64,000 nt of DNA from a marine bacterium B5-7 (GCA_021604525.1 BQJD01000017.1:11231-75230); one strand, 5' to 3'; counted from the first letter of the stretch, positions 39,427 to 48,174 are shown. Made by a program: numbers and translations. The notes: generated by a model from the sequence alone, not told the origin.

Positions 39427-40530
39427 TCATCCCGGGTTAATTGGCTGCATCATAAGGTCGAGACGTTCATAACCTGAAGATAGGCCGTTACCCGGGAGAT
39501 TGGTTTTTCCCTCGCCACAAACGAGGTCGATCGTGTCGCGAATCAGCACCTGCTTGATACTTTTTGAAGATAGTGCGGCGATCTCCGGCGTTCGGTTGCA
39601 TTCGATCAACCACGGATTGCCGTGTACGTCGATTTCAATATCGAGGCCGAGTAATTCGAAGCAATTGTTGCGATGCTGTAAATGTGACCCGATATCGTTT
39701 TCCATAGCAGAGGTTATTCTCCCGGCAACGTCTCCCACCATGGTTTTGATGCGTGCCCATAACAGACCGAAGTCGCTATGGTGATACTTGAAGGTTGCCG
39801 CCCAGCGACTTAACGAAACCGAACATTCCGTCGCCGGTTTGTCGGTCAGTGCCGTCTGTATGTGGGTATTGGTGTTGTAAGCCGCCGGGTCGGTCAGGTT
39901 GCGGAGCGCTTGTGGAAACGGCGCACTCGCCAGATCCACATAACCTTCGTTATAAATATAGGCTTCACCGGGTTTAATCGCCGTGATCAGCAGATACAGA
40001 CGCAAGTTGAACTTGCAGCCGTCGTGCAGCATCGGCGTGTGCAAATATTGCTGGACGATAGTTCTGGGCTTTGGTTTTACTTGTCCTGGATCTAAAACAA
40101 CTTCGATACCCTGACCGCATGCGCCTAAAACCGGTTTGATAATCCATGCCATATCCGGATGTTGCGCAGCATAGGACTTGAACGACTCCAGTTCATCCGC
40201 CAACCGCCAGGTCCGCGGATAGTATCGGGGCGCATTCGAATCGGCAGGCTGGTCCAGGGTTTTATCGAGTGCATGTTTACCGATGTAGTCGGATATCCCC
40301 GGAAAATGGCAAATTCGCTGATGCTCTTTGAGGTCGTATAAAACGGCCGGAGGCGGATCTTTCGCCACATACCACAATAAATCCCAATCCGGTTTATAGG
40401 TCCGCTGCCAGCCACGCCGCTCGAACTCCGCTTCGAGCAGGCTCAAGTCAGTTCGGCGAGAAGTGGGAACCAATCCGTATTTCTTCACAACCATTCCAAG
40501 CGCAAAATCCCTCTCCCTATCGTGGCCCAA
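39427..40530 (-). CDS. tubulin-tyrosine ligase (TTL) family ATP-grasp protein
   Basis: TTL-family blocks WIIKPVLGACGQGIEV, QQYLHTPMLHDGCKFNLRLYLLITAIKPGEAYIYNEGYVDLA, and CFELLGLDIEIDVHGNPWLIECNRTPE. TTG start at 40530; an alternative ATG is at 40494. Confidence 0.8.
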   Translation of the reverse strand: MGHDRERDFALGMVVKKYGLVPTSRRTDLSLLEAEFERRGWQRTYKPDWDLLWYVAKDPPPAVLYDLKEHQRICHFPGISDYIGKHALDKTLDQPADSNAPRYYPRTWRLADELESFKSYAAQHPDMAWIIKPVLGACGQGIEVVLDPGQVKPKPRTIVQQYLHTPMLHDGCKFNLRLYLLITAIKPGEAYIYNEGYVDLASAPFPQALRNLTDPAAYNTNTHIQTALTDKPATECSVSLSRWAATFKYHHSDFGLLWARIKTMVGDVAGRITSAMENDIGSHLQHRNNCFELLGLDIEIDVHGNPWLIECNRTPEIAALSSKSIKQVLIRDTIDLVCGEGKTNLPGNGLSSGYERLDLMMQPINPG

Positions 40531-40563
40531 GCCTGGCTTTGCCGATTTCCACAGGGAACATTT

Positions 40564-42003
40564 TTAAGCCGCTTGCTCACTGATCGCCTTTACCTCGAGA
40601 AATTCCTCGATACCCCAGGCGCCACCCTCACGACCGTTACCGGACTGCTTGTAACCACCAAACGGGCTGCCGGGGACACGCTGCGCACCGTTGATCTGCA
40701 CCATGCCGGCGCGTAATTGACGCGAGACGCGGCGCGCGCGATCAGCGTCACCCGTTTGCAGATAAGCAGCCAGACCGTAAGGTGTATCGTTAGCCATGGC
40801 AACAGCTTCGTCTTCGGAATCGAACGGAGTGATGGACAGTACCGGACCAAATATTTCTTCGCGGTATATGGTCATCTCGGGGGTCACATCAGCAAAAACC
40901 GTGGGCTTGACGAAGTAACCGCGGTTAAATCCATCAGCCCGGCCAGGGCCGCCGACAACCAGTCGCGCGCCTTCAGCGACGCCGGTTTCAAGTAACTTCT
41001 GCACCCGATCATACTGCAACTGCGAGACCAGCGGACCGATGTGTTTGCCCGGATTCGAGGCGAGATCAATCTTGGTGGAGGCAGCAACTTCAGCGGCAGC
41101 TTTTACCGCGGTATCGTAAGCAGAACGTTCCACCAGCATTCGTGTCGGAGCGTTGCAGGATTGGCCTGTGTTGTTAAAGCAAAAGGCCGCGCCATGGCGC
41201 GACGCGCGTTTTACATCGCAGTCGGCAAATATCAAATTGGGCGATTTCCCACCCAACTCCAGCGATACTCGCTTGACCTGATCCGCTGCTGCATGGCTGA
41301 CTGAAATCCCCGCGCGGGTGGAACCGGTGAACGAGACCACGTCGATCAGCGGATGCGATGACAAAGCCGAGCCGACTCCAGGGCCATCGCCATTGACCAG
41401 ATTGAAGACGCCTGCCGGTACGCCGGCTGCATCGATGATCTCGGCAAACAGCATGGATGACAGCGGCGCCACTTCGGCCGGTTTCAATATCATGGTACAA
41501 CCGGCAGCCAGCGCCGCGCCCACCTTCAGCGTGACCTGGTTCATCGGCCAGTTCCACGGGGTGATCAACGCGGCGACACCGATGGGTTCATGGATAATAA
41601 CCTGACCCGGCGCGTCGTCGCGCAACGGTTGTTCGAACTTGAAAGTCTTAAGAGTCCTGGCAAATGCCCGCAGGTGACTCAATCCGGAACCAGCCTGGGA
41701 GGTTCTTGCCATGTCTATGGGTGCGCCCATCTCCGTCGAAATGGCCTCAGCCATGTCGTCCATGCGCTTTTCATACTCCGAGGCGATATTCTCAATCACC
41801 TCGACACGCTCGCCGGAATCGGTCCAACCCCATGACGCGAAGGCACTTCTTGCTGCGTTAACAGCCCGATCGACGTCGGCTTCGGAACCGAGGGTGATGG
41901 TAGCCACCTGTTCCTCGCTGGATGGATCAATCACCGGGAAATCGTTGGCGGTTGTCGGCGCTACCCATGCGCCGTTGATGTAGAAATTGGTCAATGTTTG
42001 CAT
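40564..42003 (-). CDS. NAD(P)-dependent aldehyde dehydrogenase
   Basis: ELGGKSP, catalytic Cys context FNNTGQSCNAPTR, and PFGGYKQSGNGRE. Ends 33 nt upstream of the TTL-family gene on the same strand. Confidence 0.9.
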   Translation of the reverse strand: MQTLTNFYINGAWVAPTTANDFPVIDPSSEEQVATITLGSEADVDRAVNAARSAFASWGWTDSGERVEVIENIASEYEKRMDDMAEAISTEMGAPIDMARTSQAGSGLSHLRAFARTLKTFKFEQPLRDDAPGQVIIHEPIGVAALITPWNWPMNQVTLKVGAALAAGCTMILKPAEVAPLSSMLFAEIIDAAGVPAGVFNLVNGDGPGVGSALSSHPLIDVVSFTGSTRAGISVSHAAADQVKRVSLELGGKSPNLIFADCDVKRASRHGAAFCFNNTGQSCNAPTRMLVERSAYDTAVKAAAEVAASTKIDLASNPGKHIGPLVSQLQYDRVQKLLETGVAEGARLVVGGPGRADGFNRGYFVKPTVFADVTPEMTIYREEIFGPVLSITPFDSEDEAVAMANDTPYGLAAYLQTGDADRARRVSRQLRAGMVQINGAQRVPGSPFGGYKQSGNGREGGAWGIEEFLEVKAISEQAA

Positions 42004-42218
42004 GATATCAACAAGTTCCCATGGTTTAATGGTTAATGGCTTCGATGAAAAAGCGATTCGAACAATACAAGTTTATATATTCCTTGAACATTGGGTTGAC
42101 CTTCAGGCTATACAAGGGTGAATCTGGACAATTCAATTGATAATCGATGTCCTGTAGCAATAATTGGTGCGCACGACCACCATCTTGATTCGCTACAATC
42201 GGCCATCACCTAATCTAC

Positions 42219-42668
42219 ATGCAATCCACGATGACACCCAATCAACACGAACAGGCCGATCTTATTGTCGAGACATTCGAAATGCTCGGCGAATGGGACG
42301 AGAAGTATCGATTCATCATCGATCTCGGCCGCCAGATGCCGCCCATGGACCCGGCGGATAAAACCGACGCTACCAAGGTGAACGGTTGCCTTTCAAGTGT
42401 CTGGGTGGTTGCCGATAGCCGCGAGGTTGATGGCCACACTGCCATCGACTTTACAGCCGACAGCGATTCGGCCATCGTCAAGGGACTGGTTGCCATCCTG
42501 CGTATGGTGTACTCCGGCCAGACGCCGCAAGCTATTGTTTCCTTCGATATAGACGAATTGTTTTCAAAAATTGATCTCGGCCAGCATCTGTCCATGGGGC
42601 GTCGAAATGGGTTGTCGGAGATGGTGCGAAAGATCAAGTCGCTGGCAGCAGAGAAGGCGGCTGCCTGA
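42219..42668 (+). CDS. sufE: SufE-family cysteine desulfuration (sulfur acceptor) protein
   Basis: KYRFIIDLG and the active-site context VNGCLSSVWV, typical of SufE/CsdE. Confidence 0.8.
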   Translation: MQSTMTPNQHEQADLIVETFEMLGEWDEKYRFIIDLGRQMPPMDPADKTDATKVNGCLSSVWVVADSREVDGHTAIDFTADSDSAIVKGLVAILRMVYSGQTPQAIVSFDIDELFSKIDLGQHLSMGRRNGLSEMVRKIKSLAAEKAAA

Positions 42669-42705
42669 ACTCGTTTATGTTGTCGACTACTGTTGAGTGA
42701 TATGC

Positions 42706-43167
42706 ATGTCGACCTTACTGATCATATCTCATGCACCCTCGCCTAATACACGGCGGCTGAATAAGGCGGTGGCGATTGGTGCTCGCCATGAATCTATTGA
42801 GGGCGTCATAGTCGATCTTCGTTCACCTTTCGAAACCAACGCCGAACACGTTCTTGATGCCGATGCCATCATTCTCGGTACCACAGAAAATTTCGGTTAC
42901 ATGAATGGGGCGCTCAAGGATTTCTTCGAACGAATCTACTATCCGTGTCTGGAAAAAACCGAAGGCCTACCTTATGCGCTGTTCGTTAAAGGTGGGTTAG
43001 ATGGTACTGGTGCGCGAATCAGCGTTGAAAAAATTGTCGGCGGATTGAGGTGGAAGGCGGTACAGGAACCGCTGGTGATGACAGGTGACTTTCAGGAGAC
43101 TTGGCTGGAGCCGTTGTCGGATCTCGGCATGGCCATGGCAGCGGGCCTTGAAGCCGGAATATTTTAA
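42706..43167 (+). CDS. flavodoxin-like fold NAD(P)H-dependent oxidoreductase
   Basis: LLIISHAPSPNTRRL and AIILGTTENFGYMNGALKDFFER resemble FMN-dependent flavodoxin-like reductases. ATG 42706 preferred over GTG 42697. Confidence 0.6.
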   Translation: MSTLLIISHAPSPNTRRLNKAVAIGARHESIEGVIVDLRSPFETNAEHVLDADAIILGTTENFGYMNGALKDFFERIYYPCLEKTEGLPYALFVKGGLDGTGARISVEKIVGGLRWKAVQEPLVMTGDFQETWLEPLSDLGMAMAAGLEAGIF

Positions 43168-43178
43168 AAAGTCCAGAT

Positions 43179-43214
43179 CCGCCCTACGAGAACAGTGAGG
43201 CTCTGGTAGGGCGG
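43179..43214. terminator. GC-rich hairpin between convergent genes (possible bidirectional terminator)
   Basis: Stem CCGCCCTAC (43179-43187) / GTAGGGCGG (43206-43214) with an 18-nt loop. On the minus strand a T-run follows within about 10 nt. Confidence 0.4.
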
Positions 43215-43288
43215 GCATAACCGAAAGGTTCCAGCCATCGACTCAGAAGCCATCAGACAAATGAATGGTTTGAGTCGTATCAACGATC

Positions 43289-43867
43289 CTAGCTAAAATC
43301 GGTGATACAGGAATCGGTGAATGACGTTTCCGATATGACAGTTATAGTTGTACTTCCACCAGATATGGTTCCTACACCGGGGAAAGTTGACAGCGCACCC
43401 AGTGTCGACTCAGTCCCTGGATAGGTTGTAAAGAAAATAAGATTTACAATGTAAGAAGTGAAGCTGGTGCTGATTGTTGAAATAATGCTACCGCTAGGTG
43501 CCGTAAGACATTGAGTGAAAGTTGTTGCTGAGAGACCGATATAATTGTAATCGGTGCCGTCTGAAGATAAATCGAGTGCGTGAAGCTGTTCGATACCGGA
43601 TGTACATGATATCTCGCAAGGCGGTTCAGAGGTGCTGGACGTTGTAGTAGTACTAGTTGTTGTTTGGGCGTGAGCCGGCAACAACACATGGTCGACGACC
43701 GGGCGCGACCACTGTTTTGGCAGTTGGGTGGCACCGCTGACACCGACGGCGGAAATGGCTGCGACCAAGGCTCGCCGACGCTCTTTGTTGGTATCCGAAT
43801 CGTTTTGATCCGCAGCTAACGGAGTGGTATTTGAGCCCGATACGCTCGGTCTAATTTTATCAGTCAT
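43289..43867 (-). CDS. exported Ser/Thr/Cys-rich hypothetical protein, member 2 of the presequence family
   Basis: GGGAG ribosome-binding site upstream. RRRALVAAISAVGVSGATQLPKQWSRPVVDHVLLPAHAQTTT, then a poly-Thr/Ser linker and a 4-Cys domain (EPPCEISCTSG...TQCLTAPSG...DSC). Confidence 0.65.
   Translation of the reverse strand: MTDKIRPSVSGSNTTPLAADQNDSDTNKERRRALVAAISAVGVSGATQLPKQWSRPVVDHVLLPAHAQTTTSTTTTSSTSEPPCEISCTSGIEQLHALDLSSDGTDYNYIGLSATTFTQCLTAPSGSIISTISTSFTSYIVNLIFFTTYPGTESTLGALSTFPGVGTISGGSTTITVISETSFTDSCITDFS
43655..43780 (-). other. conserved presequence block, copy in member 2
   Basis: Codons 30-71. The protein sequence is identical to codons 30-71 of member 3. Confidence 0.7.
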
Positions 43868-44293
43868 TGTTCTGCTCCCTCGCCTTCCTTATTATGGCTT
43901 AACAATAAATTATTGTATTTTATGGTTATTTGTCAGGTTCGTTATTCTTTTCCGTAATGCTTGAATTCACGGGTAAATAATTACAGCCGGGTATGCTAAG
44001 AACCCCCTGCATGTGCTCGTAAACACCCTCCATATTACCGAGACTACGACGATAATAGTCAAACTGCACACATTATTCAATTTATATTAAATTTCGGTTG
44101 ATAAATGAAAACATCCCGAATTTATTGAACGACGGGAAGAATGTTTAAAACAAATGCTGTGAGGGGGGTGATGACGGGTGTCTTCAGACATCTTGACTCG
44201 ATCTGTCGAAACTCGTGAGGAGCCCGAATAACAATAAATCGGTTTTGAAGAAGTGGTATTGCTGTATTAACGAAGCAATAAGTGGGTAAGGCT

Positions 44294-44334
44294 TATCCGC
44301 CCCACGCTTTTGTGGCGACCGTAAGGGGCGGATA
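44294..44334 (-). terminator. GC-rich hairpin downstream of member 3
   Basis: Stem TATCCGCCCC (44294-44303) / GGGGCGGATA (44325-44334) with a 21-nt loop. No clear T-run, so the terminator call is tentative. Confidence 0.3.
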
Positions 44335-44377
44335 TGAGGTACTAAATGCCAGATAACGGATTCACGATCCGTGAGGT

Positions 44378-44932
44378 TCAGTTACAGGGGGTATTAAATG
44401 AGGTTGATGCAGAGAGAAAGATCTCGGTTGCAACATTCACTTCGGTACCTAGAGGGTAAGTTGTCAGAGCGCCATAACTCGAGAAAGATCCCGTTTCGGT
44501 TGCCAGTAAGTTGAAATAGCCTGCAAATGCGGTGTCGAAGACACTAATTGTTGTAGATGTCACGTCACCACCAGGTTCCGAAATACAATTCGTGTAAGTC
44601 GTAACGGCGAAACGGGCCAGAAAATGAGTGCTGAGGAAATCATCGTAATAAACCTCAAGATCCTCAATGATGCCGGAGGTGCACGATATCAGGCAGGCCG
44701 GCTCCGAGGTGCTGACCGGCGTGGTTGTCTGAGCGTGTGCCGGCAACAACACATGGTCGACGACCGGACGCGACCACTGTTTCGGCAGTTGGGTGGCACC
44801 ACTGACGCCAACGGCAGAAATGGCAGCTACCAATGCGCGTCGGCGTTGTTTGTTTAGATCTGCCTCACCATGATCTGCAGAATGCTCAGTGGCATTCGAA
44901 TCCGATACATTCGGCCTGGTTTTTTCTTCCAT
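44378..44932 (-). CDS. exported Ser/Thr/Cys-rich hypothetical protein, member 3 of the presequence family
   Basis: Same 42-aa block as member 2. Mature part is homologous but diverged (EPACLISCTSG...TNCISEPGG...YGALTTYP...TPCN). Confidence 0.65.
   Translation of the reverse strand: MEEKTRPNVSDSNATEHSADHGEADLNKQRRRALVAAISAVGVSGATQLPKQWSRPVVDHVLLPAHAQTTTPVSTSEPACLISCTSGIIEDLEVYYDDFLSTHFLARFAVTTYTNCISEPGGDVTSTTISVFDTAFAGYFNLLATETGSFSSYGALTTYPLGTEVNVATEIFLSASTSFNTPCN
44720..44845 (-). other. conserved presequence block, copy in member 3
   Basis: Codons 30-71. Hand alignment against 43655-43780 gives 17 differences, all at third codon positions and all synonymous. Confidence 0.7.
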
Positions 44933-45379
44933 AATTATTCTCTCGATATCTAAAGTTGTAACGAAATTTAATAAGTCCTTGTTAATACCAGCCCGATTCG
45001 CTATTTAATTTGCGAGTTTTCAAAAAATGTGTATGTGACTTCAATTCAGGTGTACATGAGTTGCCCTGATATTTGTGCGAACCTTGCCCTGTTTGTCCGG
45101 ACTGGACTTGACTATATTCCAGGTCACCCGACAATTTGCCCTTTCAGGTAAAGAGTTACCAATAAATCCAGGGGTTTACAGATTCTGGAGTTAGTTAAAA
45201 GCACTATCAGCAAGAGATATCGGGACGCTTGATCGACGATTTCAATCAACCTGTAGGCATCCCTGATATCATTGAGCGACTAGATGTAAGAGTCCGTACA
45301 ACCAGCAAACCCGCCGCTTGATTCTGGTGCTTGCGACTCACATATTCACAGGCCGTTGCACAATGGTTTACAAATCAAT

Positions 45380-46045
45380 ATGACGCACAACCTGTTCACG
45401 CCAAAATTCGAAAACCTCCCCGATGTGATACCGGTCTTCCCACTACCAGGCGCCATCCTGATGCCGGGAACACAGTTGCCGCTGAATATCTTCGAACCAC
45501 GCTACTTACGCATGCTGAATGATGTACTCTCAAACGACCGCATAATCGGGATCGTGCAGCCCGATAGTCGATCTCGCGACGATGAGGTGGTGTGTAATAC
45601 AGGCTGTGCAGGACGGATCACATCATTCAACGAAACTGATGACGGCCGTTTCATCGTGTTGTTGTCGGGGTTGTGCCGATTTGATCTGGTCGCGGAGACA
45701 ACCGATGGCACCGACTATCGAACTTTCCGTGTCGACTGGTCACGCTTTCAATCCGACTACGATCTGGAGCAATCCCTCGATGGATTGTCAACCTCGCGGG
45801 ATGCCTTGCTGAAGTGGGTCAGGGAATTTGGCTCGACTCGCAACGCAGAAGTGGATTTCGACAGTCTCGGCAAGCTCAATGATCTGCAGGTGGTTAATGT
45901 GCTGATCTGTGGTTTGGGATTCGAGCCGCCTTCCGTACAGGGGCTGATTGAATCGGTGTCACTGACCGATCGCGCCGATTTGCTCTCCGGGCTTTTAAGG
46001 ATAGCCTCAATGAATTCCAGCGATCCCGGCCATCACACCCATTAG
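45380..46045 (+). CDS. LON peptidase N-terminal (substrate-binding) domain protein
   Basis: IPVFPLPGAILMPGTQLPLNIFEPRYLRMLNDVL is the Lon-N/PUA-like signature. ATG 45380 preferred over TTG 45356. Confidence 0.8.
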   Translation: MTHNLFTPKFENLPDVIPVFPLPGAILMPGTQLPLNIFEPRYLRMLNDVLSNDRIIGIVQPDSRSRDDEVVCNTGCAGRITSFNETDDGRFIVLLSGLCRFDLVAETTDGTDYRTFRVDWSRFQSDYDLEQSLDGLSTSRDALLKWVREFGSTRNAEVDFDSLGKLNDLQVVNVLICGLGFEPPSVQGLIESVSLTDRADLLSGLLRIASMNSSDPGHHTH

Positions 46046-48174
46046 CGGAATTTTCCCCGATCCGGTTTGAAACCAGCGACTGCGCGTCGCAGCCCGATCA
46101 AACCCATCTCATTGGGTGATCTGCTGTATCGCAGGCAGATATAGGTCTTGCCGATAGTTTCGATGGTCTCGGCATGGTCGGGTAACGCTTCGGCAGCACG
46201 CTTACTTAAGGATAGCGGACCTTCACTTGGCATTACGCGTATGCCCGCGCGTGCCAGCTTCGATTTGAATCTTCGATAGTGCTTAAGCGGTGTTTCAGCT
46301 TGCCGGCTCGTTGCAGAGAGCAGCAGGTAGGTTGCGATCATGAATACTGCGAACGCGGCAGTCAGTGTCATTACCAGCCAGGGCCAGTCGGGAGTCGCCA
46401 CACCCAGGCGCTTCATTAACTGCTGCTGGCGTTGTGGCCCATAGGCCATGACCCAGTTATTCCACTGGTAAACGAATGCATCGGACAGGTGGCGTATGCG
46501 TCTCAGATTATCGCCAAGCCAGCCGCTACGTAGCATATTGCGAATACCACTCGTGCCAAAGCCCGAATTAAAACCGGCCAGCGAATCGCCTCTTCGCAGT
46601 GCATCGACACCGATCTCGACACGTTCCGGTGCTACCGCGGCGGTTGGATCGATGCGCCTCCAGCCACGCCCGTCAACCCAGATCTCGGCCCACGCATGCG
46701 CATTGGATTGACGCACGATTGTGTAGTCGCCGGTAGGGTTGTATTCACCACCCTGATAGCCAACGACCAATCGCGCGGGTATGCCGGCGGCCCGCATCAG
46801 TGTCGCGAAGGCGCTGGCATAGTGCTCGCAGTAGCCGTTCCTGGTATTGAACAGGAACTGGTAAACCGGTTCGCCGTCGAGTAGCGGTGGTTGAAGCGAA
46901 TAACGAAACGGGCTTTGAGTGAACAATTCAAGCGCGCGAGCCGCGATCATTTCAGCGTTGGGGTTGTCGGCGGGATCGCCGGCAAGATCCTGTGCAAGCG
47001 CTATGATTTTCTTGTTGATGCCGGGATAAAGATCGGTGAGATGGTCATCCGGCGGTCCGGTGGCCATATAGCGTGCCGTGACCGAGGCGGCCTTGAAACG
47101 GATGCGTTCACGAATCGGTTGGCGGGTTTCGCCGAGTGCGAGATTCGATAAAGGATTGCCGATGGATACCGAAACCGGTGTTTCAAGAAGAGGTAGCCAG
47201 GTTTTATCGGTCGCCTCCAACGTCATGTCATAGGCCACAAGCTTCGGGTTGGTATCAGCCGGGAAAACTTCGTGGCGACGTTCGGCCCGGCTCCAGGTGC
47301 GACCATCGAACCTATCCAGCACCAATGTCCGCCAATAAAGCTGGTCATGGTGTGGTCGATCCTGATTGAACTCGACACGAAAGGCGACCGCATCGTTCAG
47401 ACTCAACTCACTGATCGAGCCCGGCGCGACTTGCTCGCTAAGGCCGCTTATGGCGCGGGGCTTATCATCAGCCATGCCCCATAAACTGCCTTCTATACGC
47501 GGGAATAATACATAGGCGACGATGGCCAGCGGAATACCGTGCAAAATGATACGCGAGGTTAATAACATCGCCCCTTTGATTGTGAAGCTTCCCGGCGCCA
47601 CCAGCAGGACAAAATTGCTGATGACCAGGGCAAGACAGAAGAATCCAATGGCGGCCGTTGAGGGTGATTGGTCGAACAGGAATGCTGCCAGCACCACAAT
47701 GGCGGTGAGTATGTTCAAGAACATGGCATCGCGAAGCGAATCGGTTTCGATCACCTTGAGCGCAGTAAAGGCAATTAACATGGCACTGCCGGCGGTGCGC
47801 CCGAATATAGTTCGATACTCCGTTAATAGCAGGACGAGCATGGCGAGCGTCAGAATCCAGCGCAAAAGCTTTCCTGGTACCAGCAATCCTCGCGCAAGGG
47901 TAATCAGGCGTACGGCAACAAGGGTCATGACGACTACACCAAGCCATAGCGGTTGGTACATGACATGCAGACCGAGTGCCAGTGGTACGGTCATAACCGT
48001 TGTGGCCAGTGCAGCACGTGTTGGCGCTTCAAGCGGTGCGGATGGCGGTTGCGGAAATTGCCACCTGCGAGGCTTTACGGGACGAAATTCCGACTCAACA
48101 CGATCATGTGTTTTATGTCCACCTGGCGTGCTCACGGGTTGTCGTCTTGTGTAATATTCGCCGGATCGGGACAA
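46042..48174 (-). CDS. transglutaminase-like membrane protein (TgpA / DUF3488 family)
   Basis: N-terminal polytopic region and transglutaminase core GYCEHYASAFATLMRAAGIPARLVVGY...NAHAWAEIWVDGRGWRRIDPT. The true start may lie downstream, because the ORF overlaps the DUF58 gene by 43 nt. Confidence 0.85.
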   Translation of the reverse strand: MSRSGEYYTRRQPVSTPGGHKTHDRVESEFRPVKPRRWQFPQPPSAPLEAPTRAALATTVMTVPLALGLHVMYQPLWLGVVVMTLVAVRLITLARGLLVPGKLLRWILTLAMLVLLLTEYRTIFGRTAGSAMLIAFTALKVIETDSLRDAMFLNILTAIVVLAAFLFDQSPSTAAIGFFCLALVISNFVLLVAPGSFTIKGAMLLTSRIILHGIPLAIVAYVLFPRIEGSLWGMADDKPRAISGLSEQVAPGSISELSLNDAVAFRVEFNQDRPHHDQLYWRTLVLDRFDGRTWSRAERRHEVFPADTNPKLVAYDMTLEATDKTWLPLLETPVSVSIGNPLSNLALGETRQPIRERIRFKAASVTARYMATGPPDDHLTDLYPGINKKIIALAQDLAGDPADNPNAEMIAARALELFTQSPFRYSLQPPLLDGEPVYQFLFNTRNGYCEHYASAFATLMRAAGIPARLVVGYQGGEYNPTGDYTIVRQSNAHAWAEIWVDGRGWRRIDPTAAVAPERVEIGVDALRRGDSLAGFNSGFGTSGIRNMLRSGWLGDNLRRIRHLSDAFVYQWNNWVMAYGPQRQQQLMKRLGVATPDWPWLVMTLTAAFAVFMIATYLLLSATSRQAETPLKHYRRFKSKLARAGIRVMPSEGPLSLSKRAAEALPDHAETIETIGKTYICLRYSRSPNEMGLIGLRRAVAGFKPDRGKFR

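Noticed and set aside
43179-44334. The two GC-rich hairpins after members 2 and 3, considered as copies of a REP-like mobile element.
   Set aside because: Only the stem ends (ATCCGCCCy) resemble each other. The loops and flanks differ. They are better explained as independent terminator-like hairpins or remnants of the tandem duplication.
47522-48154. 210-aa plus-strand ORF antisense to the TgpA membrane domain, and similar ORFs at 49616-50224 antisense to MoxR.
   Set aside because: Shadow ORFs opposite strongly recognisable genes. Arg/Ser/Thr-rich composition with no motifs.
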